From: Octopus sinensis
Lineage: Eukaryota
Length of the DNA stretch: 64,000 bases
NCBI RefSeq assembly: GCF_006345805.1
Contig: NC_042997.1
Location: 176,700,001 to 176,764,000 of the forward strand
Reading direction: 5' to 3'
A model generated the notes under the pieces. The model was given only the letters and a program-made list of their open reading frames with translations. It was not told where the DNA came from and searched no databases. The position numbers and the translations under genes are program-made. Each line of letters starts with the position of its first letter. The stretch's first letter is position 1. Of the stretch, positions 25,785-38,282 are shown piece by piece.

Positions 25785-26582
25785 CTAAAAATAATCATAA
25801 AAAGATTACATCAACATCATTGTCCCTACCACCACCACCACCACCTCCTCTCCACCACCATCATCACCATTATCATCATCAATTTTACATCAACTATTCA
25901 TGCTGGCATGTGTTAACCAGGTTGTTACAATCTGAGTCAGTTCTTATTTGGAGTTATTGCTCTCTTTGATGGGTAAAAATATTCCACTTTTTGGCATGGT
26001 TTCTTTGGCAGGATGCTCTTCCTATTAGCAATTTTGTTATAATGTGTACTAAGCAGATTTTAAGATGGTATCAACATTAGAGTGGCTGACATGCTTACTC
26101 TTTCACTCTTTTACTTGTTTCAGTCATTTGACTGTGGCCATGCTGGAACACCGCCTTTAGTTGAGCGAATCGCCCCCAGAAGTTATTCTTTGTAAGCCTA
26201 GTACTTATTCTATCGGTCTCTTTTGTCGAACTGCTAAGTTACGGGGGACGTAAACACACCAACATTAGTTGTCAAGCGGTGCTGGGGGGACAAGCACAGT
26301 CACACAAACACACACACACGCACACACATATATATAAATTTATATAAATAAGGATAAGATCGTTAATTTAAAATAAAATAACGAACCTATCAAGTGGTCA
26401 GCATGGAAAAATAACCTTCAAAGGTAATAATTATTAAAATCATAAATTAGGGTATCTACGAGATACCACCATGCTGAAAATAGCAGCCATGAACTGACTC
26501 TAAAACCACCTTAAGTTTTCATATAGCAACATGGAGAAAAGACAAAGAGACAAGATGAAACTAGTAAAAAATTTACTGGATA

Positions 26583-26624
26583 ATTCTAGATCCCGGATTT
26601 CTGACTTTGCCTTGTCAGTAGAAT
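26583..26624 (-). ncRNA. Hammerhead motif with G8A core mutation
   Basis: AUUCUA CUGACAA GGCAAAGUCA GAAAU CCGGG AUC UAGAAU. Confidence 0.6.
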
Positions 26625-26644
26625 ACACTCAGAAAGAAACATAA

Positions 26645-26689
<45 letters not shown>

Positions 26690-26857
26690 ACATACGAATA
26701 CTTACATATACGAATGTATACATACATATATATGCATGTACACATCAAGGCTAGTTCAAAATGCCTGTTAATTCCATGTGCTATATGGTAAAATATTACC
26801 GCAGTAAATACAGTGACGAAATAATATATATATGTATTTATGTTTCTTTCTGAGTGT

Positions 26858-26916
26858 ATTCTACTAACGAGGCAAAGCATTTCTAAATGCAAATCCAGAA
26901 ATCCGGGATCTAGAAT
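26858..26916 (+). ncRNA. Hammerhead motif with G5A core mutation
   Basis: AUUCUA CUAACGA GG..GCAUUU CU AAAUGC..CCA GAAAU CCGGG AUC UAGAAU; perfect stem I. Confidence 0.65.
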
Positions 26917-28623
26917 TATCCAGTAATTCTTTACTAGTTTCATTTTGTCTCTCTGTCTTTTCTCCATGTTGCTATATGAAAACTTAAGGTGGTTTTAGAG
27001 TTGGTTCATGGCTGCTATTTTCAGCATGGTGGTATCTCGTAGATACCCTAATTTATAATTTTAATAATTATTACCTTTGAAGGTTATTTTTCCATGCTGA
27101 TCACTTGATAGGTTCGTAATTTTATTTTAAATTAACGATCTCATCCTTATTTATATAAATATAAATTTATTTCATCACTGTATTTACTGCGGTGATGTTT
27201 TACCATATAGCACATGGAATTAGCGGGCATTTTGAACTAGCCTTGATGCATACGTGCATATATATGTATGTATACGTTCGTATATGTAAGTATTCGTATG
27301 TTGTATTTATATACATATATATATGTATTTATGTTTCTTTCTGAGTGTATTCTACTGATGAGCCACTCCTACACCTATACTTACCACACAGCCACACCTA
27401 TGCCTATTATATTTTATTTACAGGGTTTACTGGCTACAATATGTCATGGCGACAGTATTATTGAATTTGTCTTGCAAGATGAAAGAGTCATTACTACTCT
27501 TTGACATGATTAAGAGGGATGAATGGAAGGGAGAGGGGACTGAGAGTATGATGGGAAGGAGGGGGACAGTGGCGTGAGAGAGTATTACAGGAATCAGAAG
27601 TGGAAGAAGTACAATGTTGCAATCGGAGTGTGATGTGAACAACAGTGATAGTACAATGGATAGAAAGAGTCGAGTGGGGCAGTTATTAAAAAGAATAAAA
27701 TATTCATTTATAAGGTATGATAAATACAGTGACTTGCTCTCAGTCTATTATTTCTTCTGCAGTCGTCTCATTAGGAAGAGGGCATTAGTATTGTCTCTCC
27801 TTGGTTCACTAACAGACAGACAGACTGAAATTTTTTTTAACTGGAAAGCTATTTTTTACTTAAATTTTCTTTTTTCTGGTTAAAATTAAACCATCACCAT
27901 CTGATGTGATATTATGTTAATTAACCTTGTTATTAATGGATACATACTTTTCTTCTATCAAAATAGCTGAATAATATTCAGTACATGTACTGATATTTTT
28001 GTCCTCTTAGTTCCTGTTTATTGGGAACAAAAAAGCATCAACAATCAACATTATGCCCTTAATTAATGCCCCAATTCATATACAGACTTCATCATCATCA
28101 TCATCGTTTAACATCTGCTTTCCATGATTGCATGGGTTGGACGATTTGACTGAGGACTGGCGAACCAGATGGCTGCACCAGGCTCCAATCTTGATCTGAC
28201 AGAGTTTCTACAGCGATGCCCTTCCTAACGTCAACCACTCCAAGAGTGTAGTGGGTGCTTTTACGTGCCACCGGCATGAGGGCCAGTCAGGTGGTATTGG
28301 CAACGACCACGAAAAAATCGTTTTTTTTTTTTACGTGTCACCTGCACACCGGCACAAGTGCAAGTAAGGCGACGCTGGTAACGATCACACTCGAATGGTG
28401 CTGTTTACGTGCCACTGGCACGAACGCCAGTTAGCCGCTCTGGCAACGATTACACTCGGATGGTGCTCTTAGTGCTCCACTAACATGGATGCTAGTCATC
28501 GAATTTGATTTCGATTTCACTTGCCTCAACAGGTCTTCGCAAGCAATGTCCAATTAACTTGTGTCTATAAAACCCCAGAAATATACAAAACATAATAACC
28601 AACAATAGCAACAATATATTTAC

Positions 28624-28767
28624 CTTCTACAAAAACTGCAAATTCACATAATCCTCCTGTTTCAGTGAGTTGTTCTTTGTTTAAAACTTTACAAGTTTCA
28701 AAATCTTTTCTAATATAATGAAGGTGAATTAGCCAGTTGCGTGATTCAAGAGCTGGTAAATCAGGGG
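28624..28767 (-). CDS. BBS4: BBS4 exon 3 ([26 protein letters not shown]...CEFAVFVE)
   Basis: Matches the BBS4 motif [12 protein letters not shown]; TTTTCTAG acceptor, GTAAAT donor; 144 nt. Confidence 0.95.
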
Positions 28768-29869
28768 CTAGAAAATATTGCAGATATACATGTAACAAAC
28801 TTTGTACACTATATAACAAAGAAAGTACAATAAAAATAATAACACTTTATATTTGTTTGTTCATTTTTCATGTTAGTGTGGGTTTCAACTGGGAATTATT
28901 TGCAGTAAGATATTATGTCTGTATATGCTTCCTAGGTGCGGACATGGCTGTGTGGTTAGGGAGCTTGCTTCCTAGCTACATGGTTTCGGGTTCAGTCCCA
29001 CTGCGTGGCACTTTGGGCAGGTGTCTTCTGCTATAGCCCCGAACCGACCGAAGCTTTGTGATTGAATTCGGTAGGCGGAAGTTACTGCCGTGTGTGTATA
29101 TGTGCGTGTAGGCACTCAGTGCCTCTCCGAAAGAGAGAGAGAGGGGGGGGGGGGTTACCAGCACTTGTTTATCAAATAAGGAATTTTTTTTAGTCCAAAG
29201 GTTTCTGAAAGTATTGAGTGACTGATCATAATGTCAACAAGGAAAGTCAGCCTCACCATCAGTTCACTGAAGCAGTGACAATGTGGAATATCAATATTTC
29301 CACACATATGTTGTAATTCCTATTGATCAGATTACCTTACAAAGCATTGGTTGACCCAGGACCATTGTAAAAGGCATTTATGCAAAATGCAGTGTATGAG
29401 GACTAATCTTGAAACTATGTGGTTGCATAGTGAACTTCTTAACCACACACACACACACACACGTGTGCATTTTTCTCAATGAACAAGTAAATATGTTCTG
29501 TCTCTTCTTCCTTTCTTAGAATCAATCCTTTCTGTAAACTAAATTGCAACAGTATATGAGTCTCTGTTATTCCAATTCCCTGTGTTTTAAATCAATATAT
29601 AAATAACTAGAAAAGCACTTGATACATGCATACTGAAAATTGCCTGATTTCCCAAACCAACGCCGGCAAAAACAGAACATCCTTGGCGGGGTTAAAAAAA
29701 TAACACAGCCATATGATTAAAAAAAAAACCCCTTTAAAAACAGGAATCATCTGAAGCAGTTATAGTACATCAATGAAAACAGCAAGCTAGTTTCACAGTG
29801 GCGAAGGAAGGAGCAAAGCCCAAGATTTTTGAGTCAATCCCAATAGTCAAGGCTTGTCATGTCATCTCC

Positions 29870-30221
29870 GCAGACCTCCGCCAAGCAGCTCATTTTAAGA
29901 TAGATACACGAGCAAAATTACTAATAGAGAAACGAAAATAAACTTTGAAAACAGCAACGCCACCATAGGTTAAGTGGAAACGATGAATGTATTTTCAAGG
30001 GAGATAATCAAAGAATGTAACATTGAAATACTTCATGTAAAGTAAACAAATGAAAAATCCTTCAAGAATCCATAAAAATTCATGGATCACAACCAAAATT
30101 TCATCATCTGTTCCTTGTGTCATTACCAACTTTGTCATTCTCAACTTTCTGAGTTATTTTGCACACAGGCGGGCAAACCAACGCTGATGGAAACATAACC
30201 TCCTTCCTTGGCAGAGGTAAA
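29870..30221. mobile_element. Helentron-associated (HINE/DINE-like) element
   Basis: Subterminal inverted motif ACCTCCGCCAAG (29874) / CTTGGCAGAGGT (30207), ending AACATAACCTCCTTCCTTGGCAGAGGTAA. Confidence 0.45.
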
Positions 30222-30247
30222 TATAATATACAGTAAAATATATATTT

Positions 30248-30308
<61 letters not shown>

Positions 30309-31399
30309 GATATAGAAGATGTATATTATATATTCATCATCATCATCATCATCAATATTAATAAATAAAAAATTGGATTCAGTTTTAAGCCTCAACAAAA
30401 TCAGAACTTCTGGTCTATTTTTTGATACCTATTATTTGCTAACCAAAGATAGGGGAAAACAAAGAATTTTTCTAAGCAATATCATATATTCAATAAAGTT
30501 GGCAGACTGTATAAAATGAGGCTATGGGCTAGATTTGGAGCATGGGTCATAGTTTGCCAATCTTTGGTGTAGCAGATTCGGTATACTTCAGTATGTTAGT
30601 GGTACTTAATTTATTAAACTCAGAAGAGAAAAGACAAAGTTGACTCTGGTAATTATTGAAATTCAGAATAATTAAACAATGATACTGCAGAAAAGATTAA
30701 TGCAATCAACGTTATTTTATTTGAAAAATTCAATATCAAAACACAAAACAAAACCCCACAAAACTTCAGTAGTTGTTTCACTTCTCCTTTGCATCATAGA
30801 AGGAATAGTTTTATATTGTTTTACAGCTGACTATACTTCTTGAAGTGGCAAATTGTCAGAGTCATTAGAGCAATGGATAGAATACTTTGTAGTATTTGTT
30901 TCAACCCTCTGAACTCTGAGTTCAGATCCCATTGAGGTCAGCTTTAACTTTCACCATTTTAGGGTTAATAAGAAAAGTATCCAATCCAGGGTGGTGGATT
31001 AAGCAAAATGTTAGAGGGTTGGGTAAGATGCTTTGCAATATCTCTTCCAGCTCCTTGAGTTCTGACAACAAGGCCCAATGCCTGCAATGAAATTGGTTTC
31101 ATGCTGCATTGGCCCCAGTTGGCAGCCTGCATAAACACTAGAGGCAAGAAGATGAGTGACTTGCATGCATGGTCCAGTTTACCTAAAAAATGAACAAAAG
31201 AAAAAAACCCTGCCTAGGCCTGCACATACCTGCAGTTGCACAGGTACATGCAGATCATGCATCTGCACAAGTATGTTCTGATGCATGACCAGCCTTCACC
31301 AACAGGACCCTTTTCCTATCACTAAACATACAACCAAGAAATATGAGGTTATTCAAAATAATATAAGAAATTTGTGTATAAATGAGTGGTATAACTGAC

Positions 31400-31508
31400 G
31401 TTTTTTTTGTTTTGCTGCTGGTCGATGGGCTTGTGATGTATTTGATGATACTGAATCAGTTAGTGAACTAGATGATGCATTCACTACTGGTGTAGAGGTA
31501 CCATTTTG
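31400..31508 (-). CDS. BBS4: BBS4 exon 2 (QNGTSTPVV...RPAAKQKK)
   Basis: Acceptor TTTATATCTACAG, donor GTCAGT; 109 nt, phase 0 to 1. Ends KQKK-P, like human RQKKAP. Confidence 0.8.
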
Positions 31509-32919
31509 CTGTAGATATAAATAAAATAAATCAGACATTATATAAAACAGTATTGTTTGTTTATTATATTAAAAAAAAAAAGAAAAGAAAAAAAGAAAAT
31601 TCAGCTTTTACACTCTTCAGTTACTGTTTAGCTTCCTATCAGCTATGATTAGTTAAACCCACAATTAAAGGCATTCCATTTGCAAACATTCCATTGTATT
31701 TACCTAGGATTATCAATGTGTCAGTTCATTTTTAAGATGATATTAATAAAATAAATGCGCCCTTTTAAAGCCTAGCCAGGCTCATGGGCCCAGTTTCCCA
31801 GTTTCTATGGTGTATGTGTTCCCCAGCTGGACGGGACGCCAGTCCATCGAAGTGTTACTCATTTTTGCCAGCTGAGTGGATTGGAGCAACGTGAAATGAA
31901 GTGTTTTGCTCAAGAACACAACGCGTCACCCAGTCCTGGAATCGAAACCAAATCTTATGATCATGGTGCTGACACCCTAACCACTAAGCCACGTGCCTCC
32001 ACATTTAAAGATGAAAGGGTGTGATTAATGTGAGATTTGGTTGCTATATCTAGCATACATACATGCATGCAAATATGTATGTGTGTGTGTTAAAGTTTTT
32101 GTTTCCAACATTCACTGCTTGACAACTGGTGTTGGTTTGTTTATATAACCCATAACTTAACAGATGCAATAAGTACTGGGGTCAAATCCTTCGACTAGAA
32201 CCTTTTATGACAGTGCCCTGGCATAGCTGCAGTCCAATGATTGAAACCAGTAAAAGACAAAAAATAATGACCCTAAAACGCCTAGGGAAGGGGAAACGGG
32301 AAATCTTGACATTCATATTTAGCTATGGCTTTCCTAATACGTAATTTAAAATGATGGTAATCTCAGTCACCTTAATTTACATATTAAGAGAAGTGATTGA
32401 ACAACTGTTGTACTTAAAAAAAAACTACTTTATAAATATAGTTGGATGGTTATACAAATTTGTGTATTAACTTGTAGTATTAGACACCCCAACTCCAATT
32501 TCTTCTCTACTGCCAGAAAATTGTAATAATGTTTAAAATGAAGATGCTGTTAATGATGAAGATGATGATGATGATATATCTATTAAATTTTATTTAGGCC
32601 GGAAAAATAAAAATTAAAACCGACTCTGACAGAGTTTAAACCCCAAAAATAAGAACAATAACAATAATATTCATTTCGATTAACATAAATATAATAGTAT
32701 ATTGCAGTTAATGTGCTGTGGAAAGTATAAACAACGAATTAGTTATCGTTGTCAAGGAGGTTCACGAAATTATATAAACAGAAATCATTCTAATGGCTTC
32801 TTGAAAAACAATTACAAAGCATTCCTGAATATTATCAAATCTATTTCTGTGATAAAATATGTAAATATTAACTCTAATATCATGCTGGATTTAATATTGA
32901 AACATATTCACAAACTTAC

Positions 32920-32949
32920 ACTTAACTTTTTAGCACCGACGTCTGCCAT
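32920..32949 (-). CDS. BBS4: BBS4 coding exon 1 (MADVGAKKLS)
   Basis: ATG GCA GAC...TTA AGT followed by donor GTAAGT. Phase 0 matches the next exon. CCAAT box ~45 nt upstream. Short phase-0 first exon as in vertebrate BBS4 (from memory). No protein homology supports this exon itself. Confidence 0.7.
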
Positions 32950-32959
32950 ATTTAAACAG

Positions 32960-33035
32960 TGGTTGCCAGCGGTGTTAGATACACGCCATTCTATTGGCTA
33001 ATATTAATCTGTTTAGAGTTATTGTCCATGGGGAC
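32960..33035 (-). promoter_or_regulatory. Putative BBS4 proximal promoter: CCAAT box and imperfect RFX X-box-like sites
   Basis: TAGCCAATAG (CCAAT at 32993-32997). GGCAAC half-site at 32962-32967. GTCCCCATGGACAA at 33022-33035 resembles the X-box GTNNCCATGGNAAC. Confidence 0.4.
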
Positions 33036-33845
33036 TTATGAGATAATCCCCTCCGTGTATTTGTTGTTAGCCTCATGCCAGCCTAGTTCTGGCAGACCTA
33101 TAATGGAAGCTATTCCAACCGTGACCACCTGCCTACTTTTCCAGACATAATATATCTAGAATCACATTATTTACAGTGTCTGTTTCATTTTCCTTTAAGC
33201 GAGTTGTGACTACGAGAGAGATTTGGCTGTTATTTCTAGCAGGCCAAGAGTAAGTGACTGCGTATAGGTTCCTTATATATTGATAGCTAAGGGTTTAAAC
33301 TAGTGGTTCTCAGCCTTTTTAATGTCCAGACCAGATCTAAAACCTGGATTTTTTTAGGTGCCGCACAGAAACATGGACTAATTCTAACTGGGAGCTGGAT
33401 GAAGCTCTATTACAGTAACGAGAGCTGGGTTTGTCAGTTCTTGTTACAGTTGAGGATTGACGGAAGCATAGAGTATGAGATAATCTACTTTCAGGTACCA
33501 CTTTCAACCCCCTCCTTGATCAATTTGATCAATTTTCAAGGTGTCGCCTACTTTCAGCTTGAGCAAAATTCTCGGGATTGGTCCCCTGCCTTTGGCCATC
33601 GCACTCAGAGTGGGTGCTGACGTCTGCAGGAGACTGAGATGCTGCTGTTGTATGCCCCTCGACCCCATAGGACTTCGCGGTCTATCTTGCTGCCTAAATG
33701 CTGGTCGCTTCACTCGTCACACCGAACTAAACCTAATCATTAAGCAGGCCCTAACGTGGATTAATATCACCTTAGTTCTGAAGCCAGATGTGTGGGAAAG
33801 AGACCAGATGGTTTTACCCTCTGTCTCTGGGTTAGAAGTAGGTGC

Positions 33846-34261
33846 GGATCTTTTCGGTTTGAACGGCAGTTTTTTCTAGCGGTGTCATATGAAATTGTCA
33901 CCCATAATTATGACCCTAGTATCGATCTATTGCATTTCAATCTGTGTTAGGGTTAGGGGTGGGGGGAAGGGTATCTTTTTTTTCTTCACAAATGTAAATA
34001 AACCCAATCTGTTTCTTAAACGAGGGACATATTCATACGGTACAGAATGTTTTTTTCACCTCAATGGACGTCACTGATTGGTTGAAATTGCAGAAATTGA
34101 AGAAAAAACAACAACAAATATCTTACAAGCTATAGAATTTTCTCAATAAAGCCAAGAGAAAAAGATGTTTTATAAACACATTCTACCAGTATACGAAGTT
34201 TTAAATTTTTTAGTTACCTAGAAAAAAATGTTAAAAACTGCCGTTCAAACCGAAAAGATCC
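33846..34261. mobile_element. Second copy of the same MITE (opposite orientation)
   Basis: Same TIRs; 8-bp TSD GTAGGTGC; interrupts the CRE-like remnant. Confidence 0.85.
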
Positions 34262-34651
34262 GTAGGTGCTTCATTTGGGACACCACAGTCTGTGACTCTT
34301 TTACTCCCCCCCACAACCTAGATGCTGCAGTAAATGGGAGGGTCACTGCTTTCGTAGCCGAAAGGAACAAAACCTTGAAGTATCGAGACCTGACAATGAA
34401 CTATCTCTTCCAACCTATGGTGTTTGAGACGTTCATCGTTAGGAGCTCGTTCATCAATGTGTCAGGTGATACATCCTTCAAAACTTCCACGCTTCTTGAG
34501 ATTCGCCAACACTACACCTGATTTTCTCCCCTCCATACACACGCAAGCATGTATCTGACTCATACACTGTTCACTTCCAAGACATTTGTACATTACTGCA
34601 TATGCTTTATACGCACTTTTGCCAAGTTGTGGTGCACCTGAGCACTGTATA

Positions 34652-34679
34652 CATCATCATCATCATCACCACCACCACC

Positions 34680-34756
<77 letters not shown>

Positions 34757-34786
34757 TATTATCATTATTATTATTATTATTATTAT
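34652..34786. repeat. Compound microsatellite (CAT)n(CAC)n(CAT)n(TAT)n
   Basis: Direct reading; source of spurious poly-H/D/M ORFs. Confidence 0.95.
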
Positions 34787-35739
34787 ACACGTGAAGATAC
34801 TTGGCTTTTCCAACGCCTTAGCCCCACCGTCGCCCGTGGTAATATTGTGAACGTGCTGGTTTGGTTCAGTAGGTTCTGCTGAACCTTGTGGTGCGCGACC
34901 AGTTGAAGCACTTAGTGCTGCATTGTTTTCTTCTCTTTCTTCCCCACAAATGGTTTCAATACAGTTTTAGCGGAGAGATCTAGAAGAATTTGAAGAAAGT
35001 TCTCCGGTTATTTTCTTTCATGTAAATAAATGTCAATTAACAAAAACAAAACAAAACAAAACAAACAAACAAGCAAACAAAAAACATTAGTAAATCAAAG
35101 AAAAATTTATATTTACAGAGGGAAAATCGTTGAGGGTCGCCGGAAGGCTACTTGAGGACCGCATGCAACCCTGGGAACTGCTGATTTAGATAGTAAAACG
35201 TTGAACTAGTTTTGTCATTGTAACCTCTTCAATGTTGACTTAGTCGATATTCATCATAAAAGTAGCAAGTTGGCAGGATTGTTTGAGCGTTGGTTAGAGT
35301 GTTTTGCGGTATTTGTTCCGGCTCTCTGCACTCTGAGTTCCAATCTCGCTGAGGTCAATTTTGCCTTTTATCTTTTCGGGGGTCGATAAATAAAGAATCA
35401 TTCCAGTACTTGTGTCAGTAGTATCTTAAAACATGGACGCACTTTTGGAACTAACTTACTTTATTATATGAAATATTATCTAATTCTCTGACTATGGTTA
35501 TGTAGTGGATCTTGCAGGCATAATGTAGATTCGATCCTAGATAGCCAAATTTAAATTAACACTTTAACTGCACATTTCTCATGGTAAAACAATAGTTTTT
35601 CTGTGATAGCAGTTTATATTTGCCCAGCGCCTTAGTTTAGCAAAATAATGTCTTCGCCACTTGACCCTTCTAACCTCTTCTATTTCACCAAAAGCTAGAA
35701 TTATGATAACAAGTACCACCAACGAAATCCATTGGTCTC

Positions 35740-36600
35740 AACGATATGTCTATCCTTCTGGATAGTTATAAAAACAAGAACCCCCGAGTAAGTGACGGTC
35801 ATAACACAGACTTGGTCTGGGAGTTCGCTATCCTTGCTAGGGAGAGCGAAGGTTGCCCAGGTGTTTATAGCATCTGTGATAACCTACCACCTAACCGTTG
35901 TGCCTTTCCCCGGTTTGTGGCCGAACAAGTTGGAACGGATCTTTTTCTGCTTTTTGTGGGAGGGGAAACCACCACTTGTGAGGCGCTCCATCTGCTGCCA
36001 GAAACCGCTAAAGGGTGGGTTAGGGATGCCTTAGCTGATGATGTGCATGTACGCGCTGAGGCTGAGACACCTCTGGCTCTATCTGGATGGTGAACGGGTG
36101 TGGTCACCGCATGTCAAGTTCTTCCTGACACATTTGACGTCCCTGCGAGAGGTAGGAGCATGGTTCACGTGGAGACCAAAAATGAGTGTATGGCAGAGGG
36201 AGTGCTGAAATGCACTCACTCTGTTCTCCCGGGCGAGCAATGCCGGCAGCGGGGTTTCCTACTGCGGATTTCTATAGCGGATTGGTAGAGCATATGTCCG
36301 ACGACGCCCTGGGGGAGACTCTAGGCTTCGATGAGGAACAGCTTGTCAACCTGTTCGGAAGAACATTCGGGGCGAGGTATCTGGACAACTTCCAGAAATC
36401 ACTGGCCTGGTTGTGCTACCGATCACCCTTGCTAGTTCAAGAGAGGTTGTCAAGGCATGGTGCCAGTGTTCCGCCCACGTGCCCGAGGTGCGGGCGTGTC
36501 AGTGAAACTGTCACGCACGCCTTTATACATCTGGTGTCAGATGCGGAAAGAGTACGGGTATCGATTGAGTCTATCATTAAGATTGTGCAGCCTCCCATAT
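35740..36600 (+). mobile_element. Decayed L1/Tx1-like ORF2 fragment (post-RT region + zf-RVT)
   Basis: SLSLLGRAKV..FIAS.I.Y...FLWEGK...KGGLGMP and CPRCGRVSETVTHAF. Confidence 0.8.
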
Positions 36601-37747
36601 ATAGCCTTCAATTCTTGGGGCAGGGGAAACAACAGAAAATGTTGTCGTTCATATTTATTCATTTTATCAAATAAATCACACACCTACGTACATATTTCAT
36701 ATACACATACAGACATTATTATTATAGATAGGGTGGTGGTTTGGCAGGATGGTTGCATTGTCAAACAAAATGCTTCGCGGTATTTCATTTCTACGTTCTG
36801 GGTTCAAATCACAACAAGAGGTCGATAAAATAAAATATGAGTCAAGTACTGAAGATCAATATAATCGATTAACCTCCCTAAGAAACCTCTATGTGTGTGT
36901 GTGTGTGTGTTTCCCGCCACCGCTTGGCAACCGGTGTCGACTTGTTTACGCTCAGGTAAGATAGCAGTTCGGCAAATGAACCGATACAATAAATACAAGA
37001 CTTTAAAAAAGGACTGGAGTCGTTCTGTTTGACTAAATCCTTCTAGGCGGTGTCTCAGCTTGGCCGCACTCAAATGACTGCAACAAGTAAAGAATAAAAG
37101 GCAAAGGAACAAAGTTCCAAGTCATATTGCTGAAGTTCTATTAAAAGATATAAAAAGGGACGCAACTACATAACTTGAAAAGTTACTTCCCTTGAATATA
37201 GCATACAGTATGTTTGTTTTTATCAGTAAACCAACTCATCTCTACTCTGACTAATATTACACGCTTGTAAGTACCAGCTGATCATTGGGATCGATATAAT
37301 TGGCTTATCCCCACCCCTCCCCAAAACTGCTGGCCTTGTGCAAAAAAATTGAAACCATCATTACTCACTAGAATACATTTCTTCGAAGAAGCATTTGCGT
37401 GAAACAACTGTCCTCTCCTTTTTACGAATTTCATTAACTGTAATTTTTCTTTGGCTGATGAAAAGCATCATTATTTTCCTCTGTCACCAATGTTTATGGT
37501 TTTCTGTTACTAAAAGCAAATGGACCGATCTTTCGCTGGTTTCTCGATAAGTATCGTAATTGTTCGATCAATGAAACTACTTACTCATTGAATTATAATA
37601 TACGTGGTTGAGGATTTCGCATACATTTGTACCATTTTACGTAAATCTTAAATAGAATTAATGACAAAGCCGAGCCTTTAATTACAAGCACAAGACAACT
37701 CGCAACACACACACGCTCGCACATTCACAGTTATTTCTCCCCCCCTC

Positions 37748-37846
<99 letters not shown>

Positions 37847-37867
37847 GTCTGTCTGTCTGTCTGTCTA
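37748..37867. repeat. (TATC)n(TGTC)n microsatellite
   Basis: Direct reading. Confidence 0.95.
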
Positions 37868-38088
37868 TTACTCTTATACAAGAATGTTCTTGACAGTGAC
37901 TTCGAAGTATCGGGCATCGTCGGGCTACAAAAATGTAGAGTTACCCATCGGATTAGTGTGAAATTGTTATTATAACTGAACATAAAAACAAATGTATATA
38001 TATATATGTTTTTACAAAAAAAATTTATCCGGAGAAGAAGCTCACACTACGAAGTAGAGCAGTCTATATTTTTTCCTGGTGAAGTTTA

Positions 38089-38150
38089 TGGGGTTACCCG
38101 GGTTTCCCGTCCATAAAGGGTTTAACTTTATGGCGTATCGTCAGACCCCA
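38089..38150 (-). ncRNA. Type I hammerhead ribozyme with extra nucleotide after A9
   Basis: UGGGGU CUGACGA U ACG CCAUAAAG..CUUUAUGG A CGG GAA ACCCGGGU A ACCCCA; perfect 6-bp stem I; palindromic stem III; GUA site. Confidence 0.8.
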
Positions 38151-38235
38151 AGACCTGTTGGCCTATGACCTCTTTAAAAGTATTTTAAAGAGGTCATAGG
38201 CCAGAGTAACCCCATAAATTAGCTTTCACCAGGAA

Positions 38236-38282
<47 letters not shown>

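Larger units (their letters stand above)
26337..27362. mobile_element. HHR-bearing non-coding element: inverted copy plus ~1.1 tandem monomers, inserted in a SINE (TA/CA)n tract
   Basis: 26337-26825 is the reverse complement of blocks in 26830-27360; HHR cores at 26864 and 27355 are 491 nt apart. Confidence 0.75.
33390..34880 (+). mobile_element. Decayed CRE-like non-LTR retrotransposon 3' end (Zn knuckle + RLE), interrupted
   Basis: IALRVGA..C..C...D..G...LSC...GRFTRH.ELN.IIKQAL, RPDG, WDTTVCDS, AERNK..KY, LFQRLS..VARGN. Confidence 0.7.

Noticed and set aside
37369-37433. Exon-like ORF on - (MKFVKRRGQLFHANASSKKCIL) ending in a GTGAGT donor, phase 0; possible alternative BBS4 first exon
   Set aside because: No homology. 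The 32920-32949 exon has a better start context, a consensus donor and a nearby CCAAT box. Would need RNA evidence.
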